Part shown: positions 18,545-26,609 of the stretch, in pieces
Position numbering within the stretch: the stretch's first letter is position 1
Layout of the letters: each line of letters starts with the position of its first letter
Source of the DNA: Candidatus Kapaibacterium sp.
Lineage (GTDB): Bacteria; Bacteroidota; Ignavibacteria; Kapaibacteriales; UBA2268
Assembly: GCA_963665665.1 (NCBI GenBank)
Contig: OY762428.1
Span: 3,680,001 to 3,744,000 of the forward strand
Length of the DNA: 64,000 nucleotides
Reading direction: 5' to 3'
The notes under the pieces: model-generated
What the model was told of the DNA's origin: nothing
The model's input: only the letters and a program-made list of their open reading frames with translations
The model's database searches: none
Position numbers and translations under genes: made by a program

Positions 18545-19696
18545 CTACCTCGTTTTAAGTTGCAGTATCGAGAGGAAAAATGAGAAATAAATAACCTGGA
18601 AACCCAGTATCAGCAATGTTATTGCAGGTATTACCAGCCGCATGGTATTCTGAATGCCAAGTTCGGGGAACCTGCCCTCCGAGGCAAATATAAGCAGGTA
18701 AATTGAAACTCCAAGGCCGGTTAATATCATCAGCGACCCGGCAATAAGCCCCTTTTCCAATGTAAGGAATTTTATCAGCCGCTGCAGCGTAGGGTGTGCC
18801 GGCATCAATTGTTCGTGCAGTGCGAATATCCTGGTAAGTAGCGCAAAGGATACCGATTGAAAACCAATCGATACAGCTGCCGATGCATAAAGCATGGTAT
18901 GCACATCCAGCGACATCTTTGTTCCCGGAAGCAACCACAGGCCAATCACCAAACCTAACAATATCAGCGTTAGCCCGGGGTAGAGAAAAAGCCACTTGGG
19001 TGAGAACATGAACAGGAATCGAAGGTGGCGCCAGCCATCCCTGAAGCTTCTCAGGTGGGCAGGGCCGGTTCTGCCTGCCGGAGCCATTTTTGTTGGTACT
19101 TCCACCATGTTTACCTTGAAAAGCGATGCCTTAACAATCATTTCGCTGGCAAATTCCATTCCCGTGGCACGAAGGTCCAGCCTGTTGAACAGTTCTTTTC
19201 GGAAACCCCGCAGGCCGCAATGGAAATCCTTAACCTTTGAATGGAAGAAAATCCTGCCAATTCCGGATAATATAGGGTTGCCGATATACCTGTGGGCAAA
19301 GGACATTGCCCCCGGCTCGATGCCGCCCCGGAAACGGTTGCCAACAACAAGTTCGTATCCCTCTTCAAGTTTTTCCACGAATTCATCAAGGTTTTCCAGG
19401 TCATGGCTGTCGTCGGAATCGCCCATAATCACATATTTGCTTTCAGCAGCGCTGATACCGCCAATCAGTGCGGATCCGTATCCCTTTTCAGGTACGTTGA
19501 CAACACGGGCGCCGTTTGCCCTTGCAATATCGGGCGAGCCGTCCGTGGAACCGTTATCGGCCACGATAACCTCGCCGTTTATATTTTTTCTTTTCAGGAA
19601 TCCGACTGCCTTGCGAACGCATAATCCAACAGTCTCGGATTCGTTCAGGCAGGGCATAACAATAGTCAGATCGTATTTATATTTGGAATCGTCCAA
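18545..19696 (-). CDS. GT2 glycosyltransferase, polyprenol-phosphate glycosyltransferase (DPM1-like) with C-terminal TM helices
   Basis: 'IVMPCLNESET', 'ADNGSTDGS', 'KGYGSAL', 'MGDSDDSH', 'DFHCGLRGF', 'GMEFASEM', 'HLRSFRDGWRHLRF'. Confidence 0.92.
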   Translation of the reverse strand: MDDSKYKYDLTIVMPCLNESETVGLCVRKAVGFLKRKNINGEVIVADNGSTDGSPDIARANGARVVNVPEKGYGSALIGGISAAESKYVIMGDSDDSHDLENLDEFVEKLEEGYELVVGNRFRGGIEPGAMSFAHRYIGNPILSGIGRIFFHSKVKDFHCGLRGFRKELFNRLDLRATGMEFASEMIVKASLFKVNMVEVPTKMAPAGRTGPAHLRSFRDGWRHLRFLFMFSPKWLFLYPGLTLILLGLVIGLWLLPGTKMSLDVHTMLYASAAVSIGFQSVSFALLTRIFALHEQLMPAHPTLQRLIKFLTLEKGLIAGSLMILTGLGVSIYLLIFASEGRFPELGIQNTMRLVIPAITLLILGFQVIYFSFFLSILQLKTR

Positions 19697-20087
19697 GTTT
19701 CCCCGGTGTTTTAGTTAGCACAAACTAAGTATTTCAAATTTACAAAAAAGTATGAAAGAAACAACCCGGCTTATAAAATTTATCAAAGCCAACAAAAATA
19801 TATTGATAAAACGCGGCAGTTATATTTTACGTGTATCGAATGCCGGCTAAATCCCCACCCGCTTTCAGCGCTGACAGGTTCAGAATTGAAAGTTGTGGTT
19901 TGTTGGAGCTATCCCCTGCTGCCTGTAATGGCACGAAGGCATGGGGGAATTATTCTTTTTCTCCAATAAAAACTTTCCTGCGTCTTTTTGCCTTTTCATG
20001 TGTTCTGATAATGAAAAGGAATTGTGGTTTATGGTTAATTAAAACATTTATTCAACACCTTTAACAATAATTAAATAGGAAAATATC

Positions 20088-21332
20088 ATGAAAAAGATAA
20101 TTTTAAATATCATTTTGTTTATTATTATATCCAGCAATCTAATTGCAGCAGATGAATGGGTTGCTATTGACAAGAATAATTCAGGCCTGAAAAGCGACTA
20201 TATAGATATAATTGGAATTAGAAATAATAAAAAGTATTTTATATCTAATGAAGCTTTGTACATATATGATGGAAAAACCTGGGATATAAAATTGAATATT
20301 GAGAACAATGATTATTATTTTCGTACAGGCGGTGTTCACGGATTTGCTGAAGATAGCCAAAATAATATTTGGTTTGCAAATAGGTATCTCGGCCTGGCAA
20401 AATACGATGGTTCTGAATGGAAATTAATAATCCTGCATGACGACAAATCAATGAGAAGTATTAATGATGTTGTTTTCCATAATGGGATTTTATGGGCTTC
20501 ATCCGATACACTCGGAATTTATCGCTTTGACGGTAATGAATGGCAGAACTTTAATCCTGATAATTCAGAAATTCTTTATAATTATATATATAAATTAGCC
20601 GTTGATTCAAGCGGAAATGTTTGGGCTTCATGTAATTCAGCGATTATAAAATATGACGGTTCAAATGTTACTAATTATAATCCGGAAAATTCTCCTATTC
20701 CTAAAGAATATGCCAGAGATATTGCTTTTGATTCGGATAATAATCTGTGGGCCACATATTCAAACGGACTTTACAAATATGCCGGTGAGAACTGGACGGT
20801 ATATAATCTTGAAAATTCCGAAATTCCGGTTCAGGACCTGGGAATTATTGCTATTGAAAACAACATACTTTGGATTTGTAGTCGAAATGCACAGGGTATG
20901 TTAAAATTCGACGGAACAAATTTCGAACAGTTTAAAATGGACAATTCAGGATTACTTTCGAATGCTCCGAGGGATATTTCAATAGATACAAACGGCAACA
21001 AATGGATTGCTACAATTGCCGGAGTTTCGGTTTACCGCGAGGGCGGGGTAATACTCGGCGTGGAAGAGGGCGGCAGCCCGGCTGGCAAAACAGCCCCCAA
21101 CCCGGCGGAGCAAACCGTTAATATTGAATATACCCTTGCCGCGCCCGGAAATGTAAGCATTGAAGTTTATACTTCCGCAGGCAGCCCGGCAGGCAGCTAT
21201 AAGGCAGGCTGGCAGGAAGAAGGCGGTAATAATTACATAATTCCTCTTTCAAATTTCCCGTCCGGCTCTTATTATTATAAGGTTCGTTGCGGCAAGCAGG
21301 TTGTGAACGGCAGCTTTATAGTAAGAAAGTAG
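20088..21332 (+). CDS. Secreted beta-propeller protein (two-component regulator propeller type) with T9SS C-terminal domain
   Basis: Signal peptide; repeated 'D..gN.W....gl.kyDG..W..yn..NS' blades; terminal 'APNPA...SGSYYYKV...FIVRK'. Confidence 0.88.
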   Translation: MKKIILNIILFIIISSNLIAADEWVAIDKNNSGLKSDYIDIIGIRNNKKYFISNEALYIYDGKTWDIKLNIENNDYYFRTGGVHGFAEDSQNNIWFANRYLGLAKYDGSEWKLIILHDDKSMRSINDVVFHNGILWASSDTLGIYRFDGNEWQNFNPDNSEILYNYIYKLAVDSSGNVWASCNSAIIKYDGSNVTNYNPENSPIPKEYARDIAFDSDNNLWATYSNGLYKYAGENWTVYNLENSEIPVQDLGIIAIENNILWICSRNAQGMLKFDGTNFEQFKMDNSGLLSNAPRDISIDTNGNKWIATIAGVSVYREGGVILGVEEGGSPAGKTAPNPAEQTVNIEYTLAAPGNVSIEVYTSAGSPAGSYKAGWQEEGGNNYIIPLSNFPSGSYYYKVRCGKQVVNGSFIVRK

Positions 21333-21341
21333 ATTTTAAAC

Positions 21342-22063
21342 AACCTCCCCTTTAATCCCCTCCTATCGTAGGAGGGGAATTATATCTATGATAATTAGGA
21401 ATGATTTATTGCCCACCGCCAGCGGGGGAGAGTGATGTTGTCATTCTGACGGAGCGAAGCGACCGAAGAATCCATCTTTGTTTGCAGATAATGAGTGAAG
21501 AATCCACCCCGCCCTTCGGGCACCCCTCAAGAGGTACTGTGTTAAATTGCAAGTTTTTTTTTATAAAATCAGCCATCCAGAAAGCGGCGTAGCCGCGACA
21601 TTTTTGTAGTAAGGAAAACCTTTGATATTCAAAGCCCCGTCGGGGCGACATAGACAAGTATCGGTGTCGCTCCTACGGAGCTTTTAGAAATAATGACTGA
21701 CACAATATCTACAAAAATTCCGCTCCTACGGAGCTAAAAACAGATATACAATACTTTCGTCGATGGACTCCCTGCTATAAGGAACACAGGAATGTTTTAA
21801 ACTCGCATCTAAGCCCCTGCTTAGATGTGTAGTATTAATTTTTTACCCAGTGGTATTTGCCTTCCCAAGCGGGGCTTGGGAAGGAGTAGAAAGTAGGAAA
21901 ATTTCAATAGCCACGTGCTTTAGCTTGTGGATAAAGATGCAAGGTACAGAAGCAAAGAAAGAAAACCTCCCCTGTATTCCCCTCCTCCCCGAGGAGGGGA
22001 TAAGAAGTTAAATATCATATAATTAACTCCTCCTCCTTCCTAAGGAGGGGGCCGGGGGGAGGT
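21342..22063. repeat. Mosaic of REP/MITE-like palindromic elements (cluster A)
   Basis: CCCCTCCT..AGGAGGGG hairpins (21357, ~21979, ~22030); GTCATTCTGA..GAAGAATCC unit (21440); GCGGCGTAGCCGC, GCCCCGTCGGGGC and two GCTCCTACGGAGC (21583-21736); CCTTCCCAAGCGGGGCTTGGGAAGG (21860); AGCCACGTGCTTTAGCTTGTGG (21909). Confidence 0.85.
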
Positions 22064-22344
22064 AGAAGAGTTTTTTTATATTTTTTATAATTCCCTTACA
22101 ATAAAAACAAAAGTTAATTCCCTGGAAAGTAACGGGATAAGAGTTGGAAAGAGAAGAATTGCTATAATAAATCGCGGAACAGGCCAGGAAAACACAATAA
22201 ATACAGGTTAGAATTCTTACCCCGGAAAAATTAACAGCTGTTTTACTTCCTAAGAAGCAGGCCATGATATTTGAGGGTCATCCGGCTTATTTTCTATTTC
22301 CGTCCTTAATCTGCGAAAGAAAGGAATGGAACAATAAAGTATTT

Positions 22345-22617
22345 CACGAACCCGTTCCGCCTTTAGACAAGACCGTTCCGTCCTTAGACAAGACTGTTCC
22401 GCCTTTAGACAAACCCGTTCCGCCCTCAGACAAACCCGTTCCGCCCTCAGACAAACCCGTTCCGGCTTCTCACAGACCCGTTCCGGCTTCTCACGAACCC
22501 GTTCCGGCTTCTCACGAACCCGTTCCGGCTTCTCACAGACCTGTTCCGTCCTCTCACGAACCTGTTCCGGCTTCTCACGAACCTGTTCCGCCTTCTCACG
22601 AACCAGTTCCGGATATT
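22345..22617. repeat. 21-bp tandem repeat, 13 units
   Basis: Consensus CACGAACCCGTTCCGGCTTCT, with GACAAACCCGTTCCGCCCTCA-type variants; units start at 22345, 22366 ... 22597. Confidence 0.95.
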
Positions 22618-22733
22618 GACAGACACTGTTTTGGACAGATTTTTATTCTTATGCTATATTTCAATTCTTTAGATTGATAAAAAATTGATAACCGGCAATT
22701 AATCAGTATAGGAACATTTGTGTGAAATCATAC

Positions 22734-22770
22734 AAAAAAACTTCCGAAGGCATAAAACCCCTCGGAAGCT
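22734..22770 (-). terminator. Terminator of the acyl-CoA ligase gene
   Basis: A7-CTTCCGAAGG..CCTCGGAAG hairpin. Confidence 0.7.
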
Positions 22771-22794
22771 GTAATAATTATTTTTTTTTATCTG

Positions 22795-24435
22795 TCAGGT
22801 ATAAAGGAAACGTTTGATCTTCTGGGTGGCTGTTTTCGTAAACGGAGTCGGGTGGGCAATAACGAGCTGCACCCTGGAAAATTTGTTTACCCTTGAATTA
22901 ACATATTCCTGAAGTTCCACCGCCAATTCGTCTATTTTTTGTTCCACGTAGTTGGTAACTTCAGTTTTCATGTGTTCGTAACGATTTTCAAGTTCTTCCA
23001 TGTTGAAATGAACTAAAGCCACGAGTTTTCCCTTTTGTTCTATTACAACAGATTCCACCACGTAGCGGAAATTATTGATCACGGATTCTATTTCCTCGGG
23101 GAAGATATTTTCACCGGAAGCGCCGATTATAACATTTTTCAGCCTTCCTTTTATATACAGGTTTTGTTCTTTATCTAAAATCGCAAGGTCACCGGTTTTC
23201 AGCCAGCCGTCTTCGGTAAGTACATCTTTGGTCAGTTCCGGTTCTTTGTAATAGCCTTTCATAATATTCGGGCCTTTCGCCCAAACTTCACCTTCACCGG
23301 TTTTAGTATTGATATTATGAAGTTTGATTTCAGCTCCTTCTATTGCCGGGCCCGTCGACTGAAGAATTGTATCTTCCGGGGCAAGGCCTGCCAGCAGCGG
23401 CGAGGTTTCAGTAAGCCCGTACCCGATAGCATAGGGGAATTTGGCTTCCCTAAGGAAAACCTCTACCTTTCTGTTCAGTTTTGCTCCGCCGATACCAAAG
23501 AACTTGATCTCGCCGCCAAAAGTTTTCATAAGTTTTTTTCCTGCCACTTTGTTCAGTTTTTTCCTGAAGAAAGGAACTTTATATAGAGCTTTGGTTGCAA
23601 ATTTTTCATTAATTGTTGACAGAATCTTTTTCCGGTATATTTTTTCAATTACCAATGGCACGGAAAGCATAATTGTTGGTTTTACTTTTGCCATGGCCGG
23701 AATTAACACGGACGGCGAGGGCAGTTTCTTTAAATAATATATGCATGCGCCACTAATCAGCGGAAGTATCAGCCCGAGAGTATTTTCGTAAGTGTGAGAA
23801 AGCGGCAATATTGACAGAAACCTGTCCGTGCTTTCCACAGGTTGTACTTTTTTGCCTGCAACTGCGTCGAAAGCAAGATTCTTGTGTGTAAGCATTACTC
23901 CTTTGGAAGTACCTGTAGTACCCGATGTATATATAATTACCGCCAGGTCTTCTTCATCAACAATATAATTTTTTTTAGGTTTTTTGTCCTGCTGATATTC
24001 CACATTTGTTTTTCCTTCTAAAACAGAAAAATCCTCTATGGAAATTCTGCAATCCAGGGTTTTGTTTTTAAAACCTTCAATTTTTGCTTTCAATCCATTA
24101 GAAACAAAGATAGCTTTAGATTCGGAATGGTTAAGGATATTCTCAATTTCTCCGGGGTGGAAATCAGGCAATAACGGAACTGCAATTGCTCCCATACTGA
24201 CAATTGCAAAGTAAGCCGCCCCCCAGTTAGGCATATTCTGGCTTAGTATTGCAACTCTGTCGCCTTTTTTAATTCCCGATTGCTCCAGAAAATGAATAAT
24301 GGAGTCAACGATATTCTCGAAATCAGAAAATTTATAAGGGGTGCCGTCAACGAAGGTCATGAAATCATTATCAGCAAATTCCTTCACGGAATTCCGGAAA
24401 AATGATTGTAACGTAAGTTGGTCAGTTTTTATCAA
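22795..24435 (-). CDS. Long-chain fatty acid-CoA ligase (AMP-binding)
   Basis: 'IIYTSGTTGTSKGVMLTH', 'GYGLTETSP', 'GWLKTGDL', 'GRLKNVII'. Confidence 0.93.
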   Translation of the reverse strand: MIKTDQLTLQSFFRNSVKEFADNDFMTFVDGTPYKFSDFENIVDSIIHFLEQSGIKKGDRVAILSQNMPNWGAAYFAIVSMGAIAVPLLPDFHPGEIENILNHSESKAIFVSNGLKAKIEGFKNKTLDCRISIEDFSVLEGKTNVEYQQDKKPKKNYIVDEEDLAVIIYTSGTTGTSKGVMLTHKNLAFDAVAGKKVQPVESTDRFLSILPLSHTYENTLGLILPLISGACIYYLKKLPSPSVLIPAMAKVKPTIMLSVPLVIEKIYRKKILSTINEKFATKALYKVPFFRKKLNKVAGKKLMKTFGGEIKFFGIGGAKLNRKVEVFLREAKFPYAIGYGLTETSPLLAGLAPEDTILQSTGPAIEGAEIKLHNINTKTGEGEVWAKGPNIMKGYYKEPELTKDVLTEDGWLKTGDLAILDKEQNLYIKGRLKNVIIGASGENIFPEEIESVINNFRYVVESVVIEQKGKLVALVHFNMEELENRYEHMKTEVTNYVEQKIDELAVELQEYVNSRVNKFSRVQLVIAHPTPFTKTATQKIKRFLYT

Positions 24436-24728
24436 TACAGTTCCTGTAAAAAATTACAAAGATAATAAAATTGCTTTACTTAACATAACAGTTGTTATTC
24501 AAAGCTTACGACGAATTAATAATTTCAAACATTGTATTCATTTAATGTATTTCCTGTCAGGCTTTTACATAAGTAAAAGTAACATATATCTGAATAATTC
24601 ACCTCCCGATATTAATATTCAAAAGCAAACATGGAAATGATTGAGCCAGGCTCATTCTCTTTTTTTTATTGAACTTATTTCTATTATGGTTTTTGCAACA
24701 CATTGATTTTTTTACTTTTATCTTTTTA

Positions 24729-24900
24729 GTCATACTGATGGAGCGAAGCGACTAAAGAAACCATATTCTTTTGCAGATGATGTATAAAGAATCCACTCCG
24801 CCCTTCGGGCACCCCTCAAAGAGAATCTTTCGGAATTCCACCCCCGCCTGCTTGCGCAAACACCCTCAGCTTGCCCTGATTTATCGGGGGCTATCGGGTT
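24729..24900. repeat. REP-like composite element (cluster B)
   Basis: Diverged copy of 21440-21534 (GTCATACTGATGGAGCGAAGCGAC...CCGCCCTTCGGGCACCCCTC) plus the palindrome CCCTGATTTATCGGGG. Confidence 0.8.
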
Positions 24901-25134
24901 TCTGGTATTGTACATATTTATCTTTATGCTGACTATTTAAGATAAAACTATATGAATATTAACGCTGAAAAGTAAAATATTTCCAGGGATTCCTCGGGTA
25001 GTTCCGGATATTTTCAAAATCTAACATATTATTATCCAAAATGTGATAATGATTATATGTCTATCCTGTAATATTCTTAATCATTGTTCGTAATGACTTA
25101 AAATGAAAATTTAAAACTAAGTTAGAGAATCAAA

Positions 25135-25623
25135 ATGAAACATATAAAATTCTTATCACTGGCAATTATTTCTATGATAGTTCTCATTTCCTGCGGGAAT
25201 GATAGCAGTAAAGATGAAACGCCCGAAACAGTGAATAAACCTGAACTGAAAAAAATGATGCTTCATGAGGCAACTGTTGAAATTGATGTAATGCAATACA
25301 TTTCTGATTGCAAAATAAATCCCGGTAATTCAGCTGAAATGACATTGAAAACTCCGGACGAAGCTGACTTCAATGCTGATGATTTTCTCGGGCCCTGGGC
25401 TGCAGGCTTATTTTATAAAGTTCTAATTCTTGAGAAACTTACAATTCATGCCCAAAGAAACGGGGAAAATATTGTTTTTAGCATATCCAGGCCGGAAATC
25501 GAAGAATTCTGGGGAATTGAGCTTTCAGAAATGAAAGCTGACCAATGGAAAAAATTCCGGGAAAGCGAATTCAAGGATAGTAAATTGGAAGAATATATCA
25601 CTAAATTTTCAAAACCGGAATAA
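25135..25623 (+). CDS. Hypothetical lipoprotein
   Basis: Signal peptide with lipobox 'IVLISC'. Confidence 0.75.
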   Translation: MKHIKFLSLAIISMIVLISCGNDSSKDETPETVNKPELKKMMLHEATVEIDVMQYISDCKINPGNSAEMTLKTPDEADFNADDFLGPWAAGLFYKVLILEKLTIHAQRNGENIVFSISRPEIEEFWGIELSEMKADQWKKFRESEFKDSKLEEYITKFSKPE

Positions 25624-26223
25624 TTATATTTTTATCTCTCCTGAAACAATTTTTTGCAGGGTATCAGTATAAAGCTGGTGCTCTGTTTTTAATACACGGG
25701 CAGCAAGGTCATCAGGTGTATCTTCCGGCAGTACAGGCACATGCGATTGGGCAAGTATCCTGCCATTGTCGTAAACTTCGTCAACAATATGAATTGTAGC
25801 TCCGCTTTCTTTTTCTCCTGCGGCAACAACTGCCTTGTGAACATTCATACCATACATACCCTGTCCGCCATATTTGGGCAGCAGCGCGGGATGAATATTA
25901 AGAATCCTGCCCTGATATTTCTCAAGAATCGGACTACCGATTTTTTTCATGTAGCCTGCAAGAATAACCAAATTAACATTATTACTTTCAAGTGCGGCTA
26001 TCATTGACTTTTCCATTTCAGATTCATCGGGATGAGTTTTCGAACTAATATGATAAAACGGAATACCCTCTTTTTCAGCTCTGTCCGATGCACCGGATTT
26101 TGAATTATTTGAAATAACGCATCCGAGTTCAGCGTCCAGGCTGCCTGCTTTAACAGCGTCAATAATTGCCTGCATGTTTGATCCGCCGTGAGAAGCAAAA
26201 AATCCAAGTATAAGTTTCATCAT
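25624..26223 (-). CDS. purN: Phosphoribosylglycinamide formyltransferase
   Basis: 'ASHGGSNMQAII', 'LAGYMK', 'LNIHPALLPKYGG', 'GATIH.VDE.YD.G'. Confidence 0.96.
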   Translation of the reverse strand: MMKLILGFFASHGGSNMQAIIDAVKAGSLDAELGCVISNNSKSGASDRAEKEGIPFYHISSKTHPDESEMEKSMIAALESNNVNLVILAGYMKKIGSPILEKYQGRILNIHPALLPKYGGQGMYGMNVHKAVVAAGEKESGATIHIVDEVYDNGRILAQSHVPVLPEDTPDDLAARVLKTEHQLYTDTLQKIVSGEIKI

Positions 26224-26609
26224 CACATCCTTAATTGAAATATCATTACGGGAGCAAAAATAAGGATTAGTTTTAAATTATCATACAGATTATGAGGATT
26301 TACAATTTTTTTATTTTCGATTATTACCATTTGGATTTCAAAAATTTGCCGGGGAATAATCTTTTAAAAATTATGAACCCTGTTCCGGTTTGTATTTAAA
26401 ATATACCGAAACGAAGAAGGAATTGAAATAGATTTTTTGGAGTGGTTATTCAGTAATTACATTCAAAAATGATCGCCATCAATTCCTATATTGTACGGAA
26501 AATATTTATTATATTGCAGTTTCATAGGTTTAGCTTTATCGGTTCAAACCTTATTTGCTTTTTGATTTATTGTGTAAACATTTAAATACTAATAAATTAC
26601 GGAACAATA

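Noticed and set aside
18996-19718. 240-aa plus-strand ORF and other long antisense ORFs over GT2, dnaJ, fbaB and similar genes
   Set aside because: Shadow frames of well-supported genes on the opposite strand, with no motifs of their own.
21401-21657. Short ORFs over REP clusters (also 24730-24915 and 32744-33125) sharing 'RWILR.LRSVR' text
   Set aside because: The similarity comes from the DNA repeat itself, not from a protein family.
22120-22212. Possible IS3 transposase remnant (LESNGIRVGKRRIAIINRGTG)
   Set aside because: Only a short resemblance to the IS3 HTH region, with no DDE segment or terminal repeats; may be chance.
25621-25626. Abutting stop codons of the convergent lipoprotein and purN genes
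   Set aside because: Compact convergent arrangement is common, and nothing indicates a special function.
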